A stretch of DNA of 32,000 nucleotides from Wallemia ichthyophaga EXF-994 (lineage: Eukaryota; Fungi; Basidiomycota): positions 120,001-152,000 of the forward strand of contig NW_008806281.1 in NCBI RefSeq assembly GCF_000400465.1, given 5' to 3'. Each line of letters starts with the position of its first letter. Within the stretch, counting starts at the first letter, position 1. The position numbers and the translations under genes are program-made. Under the pieces are notes generated by a model, which searched no databases, was not told the origin of the DNA, and saw only the letters and a list, made by a program, of their open reading frames with translations. This document shows positions 11,388 through 21,717 of the stretch, piece after piece.

Positions 11388-12167
11388 TGTGAATGCGTGG
11401 AAATCAAGGTTGAGAACTGGGCAGATTAATTTTACAATAATTCAATTTTCAGAGACTCGAGGCTTTGGTGGTAGCTTAAAGTCAGTCAATTCATTGAGTA
11501 CATCATCGCCAATTTTCTCACTTGACTTCAAACGTGCATCTTTCATCAGCATCTTAAAGCTGGCTAGATGCGTTTTGTAGGCGTTTGATTCAGCTGGTGT
11601 ATTGATAGGAAGCTGAGTTTGAGCCAAGTGCGGACTCCACAAGCTGTGAATCAGGCAAAAGCTGAAAGCATTCATACGTTAATCATGAGTACCATTTGTG
11701 GGTGTTCTTCAAGTCTTCTTCTAAGGATCTATATCATGCACAGTGCTCTAGATAGAAGTCATAATATGGTCAAAAGCGTTACAAGGATTAATATTTTTCG
11801 CCTATCTATACTTCTTGTGCATTGAAAGCTGTGGATTGTAGTGACTCAAAGGGATGCGGTTCTTGGCATGTGTGCCGCAAATTGGGAGGTAACTACGTGG
11901 AGCAACCGGAGGCGCGTGGATGGGTGCTGAGCTGGCTTTTGAAGAACTCTCAAAGAGTTGCAAAGTGCTCTTGTCGCTGGAAAGTCCACGACAACAAACT
12001 TTGACTTGTTTCGATGTTGGCGCACATTTAATACAGCTTCAATATGTAATTACCAACTTCAAGTAGATTGGGGAAGGCGTAAAAACTCGTGAAAACCTCC
12101 AAAATAGAGAATTTCGTATAATAAGTTTTTACGGATATGAATGTTTTAGATCGGATCTTTTAGTATC

Positions 12168-12248
12168 GGTTCGATGGTCTAGGGGTATGATTCTCGCTTT
12201 GGGACACCAATTTGCGAGAGGTCCAGGGTTCAAATCCCTGTCGAACCC
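12168..12248 (+). tRNA. tRNA-Pro(TGG) with a 9-nt intron (12204-12212)
   Basis: Canonical cloverleaf: acceptor GGTTCGA/TCGAACC, C73, anticodon arm CTCGC-TT-TGG-G[acaccaatt]T-GCGAG, T loop GGTTCAAATCC. A T-run Pol III terminator follows. Confidence 0.96.
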
Positions 12249-14346
12249 TTCCTTTTTTTTCCATCGTTTCCAAGTGGATCTTTTTGATAGCACTCGCTCA
12301 GTCATAGTTGTATGGCAGCCTTGAATTGCAATTGGGTATTGCATTCAGTTCTTAGAAGGTAATGAGCCTGAAAATATGTGTGCTGTAGGATATCTCAGCG
12401 GACTTCTAAGTGTTCCCACGTGATTGCGTTAAGTGCTAGAATTTTTTGCTGGTGCTGTCGGCTCGCCGGCTGCTTGAAGTGCGCATCTCTCGATCGCATA
12501 CGCAAACACCATCTGGTGGCAATGCGTATTTCATCAAGCAGTGTCCAAATCAAAAGAATTACACTTCAAGGTAAGAATATTGTTCATTTTGATTTTTTTG
12601 GCCTTTCTGTTGTTTTAGGTTTGCTTGTATTCTTCACTCCTGTCTTGATTTTAATTTAAACTTTTCAACTTGTCAACCGTGTTTGTTTGCTTAAAACCCT
12701 CAAATGGATCATTGAAGAACGCTATTGTACTTTCTAAAGATTTTGAGCTACCGTTCTTGCTTTTCTCGTCTTTCACTTTCTTTTGCAGATCAATCTCCTC
12801 TTCTTTGAGTTGATGGTATCGTCAGTTAGTGCCAAAAGGAAGAAGGCACTAATCGCAGGACATGCTTTTCCCCAATTTTGGAGCAACTCAGTGCCAAATT
12901 TTTCAACCGAAACGTTTCGCGCTGAGGCTTCCTTTGATAACACCCTCTGGTCAAATTCGGGAATTCTCTTTAAACAAATTGATCCTCTTCATAGATTGAA
13001 GGATTAAAAAACCTTATGTTTGGCAAATCATCTAGCGGAGGTAATTGCATGCCGAAATCATCGAAGGTGAAAAATTTAAACTTGCTTTCCCTATTTGCTT
13101 CTTCTTATGATTCGTGATAGTTTTCTACTGGGAATAATAAGTTGTGAATGAGATTGTGAATTTTGTCATGTTCCTAGTGGAAGATTGCCAATGTTGATTC
13201 AGTGTGTTTGTTGGTGAGCTTGGGTGATTGGACAGGCAACCAAATACATAAAATACTGCGAGCGCTAGCACTATAAACAAAAGTGTATTTGCTGCTCCTT
13301 AGCGCTTGCTGTGCATGCAGATAGCCACGTGACTAGCCATGAGGGTATTCGATAACCCACAGTCAGCAATAAGATTAATTGAATGCACCGAAAGCTTTGA
13401 GGAAAATAGCTGAGCAGATATGTTTACGCCGTTAGCCGGTGTTACCGGGAACGAGGGTAGCCGGATTCGTGAAAAACAACAAACACGAGGCGCGAGTCAC
13501 GTGTTTCTTGGCTGCCGCTGCGGTATTTAGGTGGCCCACATTCCTTACTCTTCTCCTTGCGTTAAAACGTCTTGGGGGCCATATTAAGGCAGGTATAATC
13601 CTTTCCCTGTAAATATTCTGCACTAATCCCAGTAAACTTTACCTTCACTGGTTCAACTCTCTCTGAACTTCATTAAGAGCTGGCAGTCCGTTCAAAGTCC
13701 GCTTTGAGTGTTACTCTAAGGAAGTTTGCTATCATCACTTGGACTCTCTAACCTCAACCACCAAGACGAGGCAGTCCGCAGATGATGTAAATGTGATTTC
13801 GCAAAGTTGAAAGAGTTGTACGACTACGACAATTCTATATTTGCAATTTAGATAGCCTTTTCAAATGTCATACCATCCATCGCTTAGCGATATTGGTGTT
13901 TCGCCGTATTTGTTTTTCTGCTCGAGTTCAAGTACGGCTAATCACCAGAGTTGGTATAAGAAATATCCGCCAAGTGCGTGTTTGATATCGCTAGCGATGA
14001 CGTTGCCGTTGTGACGCTGTGTGCGACGTGCGATACGTCTTGGGGATATTCTTGGAAGCAATCGAGGTTGGTTTAGCGTTAACGACCTCACATAATCTCG
14101 TTTAAATTCGTCTTGGGCATTTTGGCGCCATCATATGCACTGTAATCAATTGAAATGCGCTTGGTGCGGCAATTAGCTAGTTGATTTGCAAATCGAATAT
14201 AGTTATCAAGTCTAGATACAACCTCTACACGCTCTAATTCTTACTAACTGCGTCATTATCGCATCATAGTTGCTGGCTTGCCGCTTTTGACCTTCACGCC
14301 AATCAATTTCCTCATTTGGATGAGACGGGACTATAACATAGTACAG

Positions 14347-15353
14347 ATGGCTCAATTACTCTTTGCTAAGCTCCTGCACTTTATTGCCAAAGTCAAAGTC
14401 AACATGGAATAGTAAGTGGTGTGCATCATAACTGAAACACCACCTAAGCCATAAATCACAGCTTCGATTACAAACCACAGAAAGAGTTGTATTTCACGCT
14501 GGACAACACCAATGAAAAAGTGTCATACTGGACAGTAAACTCGCGTTACGTCGGCGATAATAAATCTATTGAGGTCATATTAAGACGCGACAACTACAGC
14601 AAGCCATTCACGATTCGCATATACGACAGACGCTACGACCAAAATCGTCCAGAGATGTGGAATAGGGATAAGGAGCAGGAGTTCAGACAAGCTCTGAATA
14701 ATGGTGACAGCAAGTTACAGGCTGGGGAAGTGGAAGCGTGGAGAGCATGCAACGCTCAATTCGAAAGGGATTTGGCTACAATGCAAACCATAAAAAGTGA
14801 GCCACTCTACTGTGTGCAGCAATTCGTCACCACTGTTACTTTTGAAATCAGCGTCGCCCCACCGGGCCATTCCCAGAAATACTTCACTGCGAGAGGATTC
14901 CTTCTTGAAGGCATGGGCGGCGCTCTTCCTCTAACAAGTAAGATTGAAGATGAGGATGCCGAGCTTCTTGTCAAAGATGCATGCAGATCCTTCGACAAGC
15001 TTGCGCATCTTGGTATATGTCTTGCAGAATATGATATGAATCATGTTAGCTTCCTCAGGGAATTTGGATTGGAGGCCAAGTTTCAACAGATCAGCAATTG
15101 CTTGCTTAAGAACGAGGCAGTTAGCCCTGTCGCGTGGAAGGCCGACGTTGCACACCACAGAATACTCTTCAAGGATGCTGTGATGTTCGCAATTGATAAT
15201 CACAAGAGAAAGCTTCAACTACCGAACAAATCTTGGGTGGATGATTGCAAGAGTGTTAAAAGCGGTGGCATCAGCAGCGGTAGAAAAAGGAAGAAAAAGT
15301 GGAAATCTGCGGTGCGATACTCACGCGCTGCGACGTGCAATCTCATCTCTTGA
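14347..15353 (+). CDS. Orphan protein-kinase-like (probable pseudokinase) protein (2 exons)
   Basis: Exon 1 starts at ATG 14347, and a 50-nt GTAAGT...CACAG intron (14412-14461) splices it in frame to the 288-aa ORF. IRIYDRRY...W...EQEFRQ, GFLLEGMGGALPL and ACRSFDKLAHLGI resemble the fungal 'LKLYDRRF...GILLQYIEG.PL' kinase-like family (recognition from memory). Confidence 0.6.
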
Positions 15354-15693
15354 GGTTGTGCATATGCTTTAAGGTCGTTTTTGATACAGGTTACATTTCA
15401 ATCAATTAGCTAGTTTTGCTTCATATTCACGTCGTCCTCTTCAAATTCACTCAAGTCACTCCCTTTAGTTTCCATTTCAAATTTTGTAATGTTTCACATG
15501 TATATTTGCTACAAGAAAAGGGGTGAAGACGTAATGAGTGAATTGGAGTGAATTGGATAAGTTAGTTAGGAATTTCTTATTAAAAGGGTGAAGAATGTAC
15601 GTGACTGAATGGGCTGCTATGTGGAGATAAGTTAAGCAAGAGGGCCAGCCTCTTTAATGGTGTAGCTGAGTGTTGTGCTATGTGCTGCGTGCA

Positions 15694-16267
15694 TCACTGA
15701 GCTGAAGCGGTGATAGTAATCGCGGGTGTGGGAGCAAAGTCAGCGTTGGAGAAAGGATCATTGAGGTGGATGTTAGACGAGCTCGGAACAATTTCTCCCT
15801 TGCTCGACAGTCTTGGAACGGGCTTTCTCTTAACGCTAGCCAGTCTGCCAACGCTTGAAGCTGATCTGGGGAGCGCGCCTAAGCCATCATCAGATACAGT
15901 GAGATTGAGTGGCTGAGATTGAGTGGTGTCTGCATTCCCATCCCCATTTTCATTTTCCTTCTCGCCGCTATCGTTCTGCATTTGCATTTGCACCTGCGCA
16001 GCCCGCAGCTGTGCATCCTTGATAGAAATGCTGTTCTGCATGATGGGAGACTCGCGCACTTGTTGAACATTCTCCTTGTCCTTGTCTTTGGATGTGTGCG
16101 ATAGATGCGCGAATGAATTCTACGCGTCGTTATCGTTAGCCGTCTCGTCGAACTTATTAGCACACCACGCTCACCTTGACTGGCCCGCCGATAACGAGCT
16201 TATTGAGACGCTTTCTGTGCGTTGAGTTGTCGTCAACTTCATGCGTATTTACACAAGGTATCAGCAT
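15694..16267 (-). CDS. Small disordered protein with a CRIB-like motif (2 exons)
   Basis: Spliced MLIPCVNTHE...KLVIGGPVK/NSFAHLSHTS...RESPIMQNS...; the intron is GTGAGC...GCTAAC...TAG. Confidence 0.55.
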
Positions 16268-16417
16268 GTCTGCGTCCGACCTCTGCGATGTGGTGGTTTA
16301 AGACAAAATCGACAAATATTTTTAAGTTTGGAATGTCTCTGCCTAAAAAGGAAATCTTACACGGCAGATGAAAGTTTTCAAATAGTTAGTTTAGATACAT
16401 TTACGTCATCACGTTGT

Positions 16418-17872
16418 TCAATTAGTATAGCCATATTGCTGGTAGCCGCCATAAGAGGGCTGGTCGTATGAGTATCCTTGATATCCACTCTGATCGTAAG
16501 ATACACCTCCTCCATATCCACCCCCTGTTTGAGCATTTGCACTAGCCCATATCTGAAAATTTGATTTGTTAGCTCGCTGTGTTTGATACAGTTACACTCT
16601 TCACTCACGTCTGGATTACGCCATGGTGGCAGGTTCTTGCCTTCTGACTGCCATTTCTCAACATAGGATGTATGTGTTGGTTGGGCAGCAGTCTGCCCAC
16701 TACCACCCTCAATCATACCCTTACTGGTACCGCCGCCTTCGCCAAGCTCAGCCATGAGGTTTGCGTACTCACTATCGAAACCAGGTGCATTGGAAGCGCC
16801 CTTGATCTGCTCCGCTTGGGCTGGATTGACGGTACAGTCTCTGGACAAGTGACCAGACTGACCACACAGCGCACATTTAATCTGCGTAGTAATGCTTTCA
16901 CCCTCTGGACACTCCCATCTTCTGTGGCCGGCGGCACCGCAGCTCTGACAGATTTGGCCTTCGTCGTCTCTGAGAGTGCCGTTCAAAGAGGCGAGCTCTC
17001 TGAGTTGGCTGCGCTTATGATCGTTCTCACCCTCTGGTGTTGAAGCTGCAGTCTCTATGACCTTGTTGATAAGCTTTACACACCTCCTCACTTTCTCCTC
17101 CGAGTCTGCGCTAACAACGCAATGAAGATCCTCTTCGCCCGATGAATCCATACTATCTGGCCTACCCTTACCCTCCTTGACGGAACCTTTACCTCTGATA
17201 GATATCTTAGCGCCAGACTGTCTCTCCATGTTCTTGAGTGAGTTGCCACGCGGTCCAACAAGTAAACCAAAAAAGTTAACTTCTGGGAAGTCATGTGTGG
17301 GGATGTAGACTTTTTCAGTGGGGCGCGTTGACCGCCTAGCCTGGTTATAATCGGAAGGAGGTCTGTAGCTGGGATCCATCTTCATCACCTTATCGATAAG
17401 TTTAATGCGCTCTCTCTCAAGCTTAAGTTTGTAGCGTTGTTCGCGGGTATTAGTGCGTTTACCCCAGCTATCGTAGCTTGGGGGTGGAGAAGGGCTGCGT
17501 TCAGCTTCTGAAGGGACAAACCTGCCTTTAAGTATTTTCTGATTAATCTCCTCAATACGCATTTGAGCAGCGTAACATTCAATAGCCTTTGGTGCCGCGT
17601 TGGCGTTGTAGATGGCGGTGGGGAGGACAGCACCCGAGTCTGCAGCATCGCCCCATCTCGATTTACGCTTGCGTGGGTGATCGCTGGGAGGTGGCGGTGG
17701 AGGCATTTCTCTCATCCTCTTCTCTGGTCTTTCTGTTGGTCTTCCGCGGGGTGCTTCTTCCTCAACGCCGTTTCCATACTTGCGTCTGTTACCCAGTGGG
17801 ATATTGTTAGCTGTGAGTGGCGTATTAGCGGTGGGTCTGTGTACACGCCATTCTCCACTCGCCTGAGGACAT
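16418..17872 (-). CDS. MSL5: Branchpoint-bridging protein BBP/SF1 (3 exons)
   Basis: RKRKSRW ULM, RSPSPPPSYD, KH domain (NFFGLLVGPRGNSLK; IRGKGSVKEGK), QUA2 (KRSQLRELASLNGTLRDDE) and two CCHC knuckles. The last intron near 16558-16612 gives a Gly/Tyr-rich tail ending TGA at 16418-16420. Confidence 0.95.
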
Positions 17873-18043
17873 GGGCGTTGGTGATGAAGAGGTGCAGCTA
17901 CAGCGCGGAGAAAGAGCTGCAAAATTTTTAGAGACGCGGGAGTATCCGTGGGGTGGCTGTGCGGCATCTAGAAGTGTATCTGTATCTCTACTCGCTTCCA
18001 CCCGCTTTCTACCCTCTTGCAGCCACCATCACCATCAAAACCG

Positions 18044-19849
18044 ATGGAATCTACCACACAGATCAAAACACGCTTGAGGCAATCTACTCGCGATTGCTCA
18101 GCGCGTGGTTTGATATTCGCCTCAATCTGGTCAGCCGAGATGGCAGCGTGTATGCGTATACCCATTGACAGTGCGAGCAATACACCTGCAGCGTTCCTCA
18201 CTTCCACGCCTGCACGAGCCACGCACGGCGACAGATCGTTCAATCCACCCGACGCCTTATCGTTCGACGACGACCAAGAGCTCGCGAGCGACGAAGAAGA
18301 TGTCTACGCGCTCGCCAAAGCCTATTACGACGCTAGGGAGTTCGACAGGTGCGCCACTGTCCTCTCCAACTGCACCACCGACAAGAGTTTATTTCTCGCA
18401 CTGTATGCCCGCTATTTGGACAGCGAGAGACGCATCCAGGAACGCACTGAACCTATCATGGGTGCGTCATTGTCTTGGTGTTGCGACTAGCTCAAGCTCA
18501 CAATACCAATCCAGGCCCACGCGATACGCGACGAGAGAATGCCAATACCCAAGTACCGCAGATCTTGGCCCACCTGCGCGACCCCAAGGACGCATTCCTG
18601 CTCTATCTCAAAGGTATCCTACTTCACCGCTCCTCTAAGCGGATAGAAGCGATGGATGCACTCATCAAATCGCTCAATGCGAATCCATGGAACTGGAGTG
18701 CGTGGTTGATGTTAGGAGTGTGTGTGCAAGACATTGACGATGTAAGTGTGGTGTGTGTGTATAAGCACAGAATGAAGAATAAAAAAAGTTGACCATGCCT
18801 AGCTCAGCGCCATTGAGTTGCACCTCCCACAAGGTGTAATGATGAGGATATTCAGCGTGCACATGCTCATAGAACTGCACGCAGTAACGGAGAAGCTTCA
18901 CGGGGCACTAGATGAGCTTGAGGAGGTTTTCACTGACTCTACGCACATCCACAGTCAGCGCGCATTTGTCTATTACAACATGCATCAGATGGAAGAGGCT
19001 GAAGAGATCTTTGACAGGCTATACGCACGTGACCCGCATCGCACGCAGGACCTCGACCTTTACAGCAACATCATCTACGTGATGGGCAACCAGACCAAGT
19101 TGGCTGCGCTAGCGCACGGTGTTGTGCAGCACAACCGGAGTGATCCGCAAGTTTGCTGTCTTGTTGGAAATTACTTCAGTATTCGAGGGGAGCACGAGAA
19201 GGCCATCATGTACTTCAGACGTGCACTGCGGCTGGATCGCGCCTACTTGAGTGCGTGGACGCTCATGGGGCATGAGTACATCGAGCTGAAGAACTCACAT
19301 GCTGCCGTCGAGGCTTACCGACGGGCTATCGACGCTAATGCGAAAGATTACAGAGCATGGTATGGTCTCGCACAAGCATATGAATTGCTCGGTATGTACA
19401 ACTACTCCCTTTACTTCTACCAGAGAGCTACAGCACTGCGTCCATATGACCAACGTATGTGGCATGCCCTCAGCAGCAACTATGAACATCTCAGACGGTT
19501 CGACGACGCTATCAAGTGTCAATTGAGATATATGGAGCTTGCTACAGATACAGTCGATCCTAAGATGCACATCAAACTGTCCAAACTGTACAAAGACGCT
19601 CGTTTGGCACACGAAAGCGCCCTCGAATTGCGCAAGGTTTACGATATTGTCGAATCAAGCTCCGGCGAGTTGAGAGTGACCGATTACGTAAACGTCTATC
19701 GCGAACTGGCTGTCTGGGAACTCAACCATGGAAATACTGCACTCGCGCAGTCGTATCTGATCAAGGTCGTCGAAACAAACGCCCCAGAGCGCGAAGAAGC
19801 CATGTCTATATTGCGCTCTATCCAGGTCAAGGAGCTAGGGCAGATGTAG
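18044..19849 (+). CDS. CDC23: Anaphase-promoting complex subunit 8 (Cdc23/Cut23; 3 exons)
   Basis: CSARGL...WSAEM, LAKAYYDAREFDRCA, NPWNWSAW, GNYFSIRGEHEKAIMYFRRALRL, WTLMGHEYIELKNSHAAVEAYRRA, DYRAWYGLAQAYE. Introns at 18462-18514 and about 18742-18802. Confidence 0.95.
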
Positions 19850-19955
19850 ATGTAAATGTAAACTAGTTGATATGCACTATGCATAAATTGAAAACTAAGT
19901 AAAACAACTAAGAATGATAGTAAGAAAGAAGAAAGAAAATGCCTATGCTAAGATT

Positions 19956-20713
19956 TTAGATATCTACAGCGCCTGGGACCTGGTCGTCAGAAGGCAAGCT
20001 GCCCTGATCAGATATTTCGACATCCGAGTCGTCGTCATTGTCTTGATCGAGCTTGACATTTTCTGGGAGGGCGAAGCGTTGAATGTAATCTGCGGGTGAG
20101 TGTATGATCAGCGTAAATGCCCTGAAAACCCGTTCCAACTCACCCTTTACTTTGGTTTCATAGCTTTGGGCATCGCGCATGGAAAGGGCAGCAGCCTCGC
20201 CATTGAGTGGATCCGAAGGGTTGGGATATCTGAGCAACTGGGGCAGGAACACCTCGAAGATGTTTATCAGATCGAACATGGGTGACCAAGTCTGATTGAT
20301 GACATCAAGACACACACTACCACTCTGCTCATCGATATTTGGGTGAAATATTCTATTGAGGAATCCAATTGAAGGGGATTTGAATGGATACTGGTCAGGT
20401 AATTCTACGCGTACTTTCCATACACCGCCTTGGTAGTGTGCTGGTGACAGCGCCATTAGAGTGGGCAATTGGGCAATTGGGCCACTCACTCTCTTTGGGA
20501 CCGTGGAATCTAACAAAAAACTCTTGCATGTTGTCGTTGCTGAGATTCACTTCGTACTCGGACATGAGACTGTTGTTGTGTACGTTAGTCTCTTACCGCT
20601 TTCGGAAATAACCAACTGACAGCTTGAATACATCAGTCTCTATTCTGCGCCGTGGTGAACTGTGCTGGCAGTGTCAGTGGCTAGGCCTCGAGATTTCACG
20701 CTCAACTTATCAT
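19956..20713 (-). CDS. UBC8: Ubiquitin-conjugating enzyme E2, Ubc8/UBE2H family (5 exons predicted)
   Basis: [78 protein letters not shown] and an acidic tail. The first intron is non-canonical (see findings). Confidence 0.93.
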
Positions 20714-20828
20714 GACGGAATCTATTAAACTCGATAAGGCGAGCGATTGCGGGAGAGAAAGGAGGAAAAGAGCAATGTATAAATATTTACAAGTTCCAAA
20801 TAGATACTCAGGTATACTAAAATTACCT

Positions 20829-21654
20829 TCAAAGCGTGCAGTAGTTGTGTTTGAGCAATCCATAGCTACCTTTCTGTGCGTACTTTGCGACACTCTGGCC
20901 AAGTTTCGCAGCCTCACTCTGTAACTTCTCCTCGGAGCATACAACGTCGACTATACCAACCTCATTCAGCTGCGGTGGAGTCCAGCGCCTGCAATCCAGT
21001 ATTGTCTGTCTGATCAGCTGCCAGTTGTTGAGGCGACGCATCAATACCGAAAGCATGCCCGGGGGAATGTTAGAGGCGAATCTGAAGACCTCTCAGCAAT
21101 ATCCCTGATGATACCCCCACTTACTCATTCTCATTCATGCAGAACCACCCTCTGCCGTTGGATTTACCGACGATATAGTCACAGCAGAGCGCCAAGACGA
21201 ATCCCATGGCGAAGGCGTGTCCATTGACGGCTGCGATTGTGGGCACTGTATGATATCAACATGCAAATGAAGACAGACATAGAGTTGACTCACAGGGGAA
21301 ACTGGATAAACGGAGAATGAAAGGGTCTAGAATACTGGCGAAGAACATCTTATCGTCCAGCGCCTTATCGAGTACTAAACCGTTGCTGAAGAATTTCAGC
21401 CCTGAACCCGTGAGAACCAGAGATGCAGCCGGATACAAGTCGCTACGAAGGGACCTCCAATGAGATTCTACATCATCTAAAGCCTTGGATAACCCCAAAT
21501 CGAGGAAATCCCTTTCAATTCGGTTCTCTGGCTGGCCATTAGACAATCTATTCATCGTAATCTTGTAGATGTTTGAATTTGGCATTGAGAGAGTACACAA
21601 GTGCTCTCCATTGTGCTTGTAGTGCTTATCTTGAAATACAACTATGTCGGACAT
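20829..21654 (-). CDS. Crotonase-fold enoyl-CoA hydratase/isomerase (3 exons)
   Basis: LVLTGSGLKFFSNGL, then spliced PTIAAVNGHAFAMGFVLALCCDYI and WFCMNE: crotonase family motifs. Confidence 0.85.
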
Positions 21655-21717
21655 GACTATACAGGTAATACCCGGTTATGGCTTCCTGGTTCACAGCCAC
21701 CACGCATACCGCCGCAA

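Noticed and set aside
9029-11675. Interpreting the seven Argonaute ORF pieces as exons of an intact gene
   Set aside because: Most junctions are in-frame stops flanked on both sides by conserved Ago residues (for example FHV*DV, SL*RL, VI*QY, QF*FY), with no splice signals around them.
13880-14000. CATCGCTTAGCGATAT / ATATCGCTAGCGATG inverted pair
   Set aside because: Each copy is itself a short palindrome, so the match is weak evidence. No element boundaries were evident.
15420-15610. Short direct and inverted repeats (GAGTGAATTG x2, AAAAGGGTGAAGA x2, TCAAATTCACTCA/TGAGTGAATTGGA)
   Set aside because: Short and imperfect, lying in a convergent 3' intergenic gap. No TIR/TSD structure or transposase was seen.
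17873-18043. ORF-track N-terminal extensions of BBP (to 17967) and CDC23 (to 18017)
   Set aside because: They start at non-ATG codons and have no homology-like content. The spliced ATG 17872 and ATG 18044 fit the conserved N-termini better.
18462-18490. Apparent 29-nt micro-intron in CDC23
   Set aside because: The downstream acceptor at 18514 gives a normal 53-nt intron and restores the conserved-looking PIMGPRD junction.
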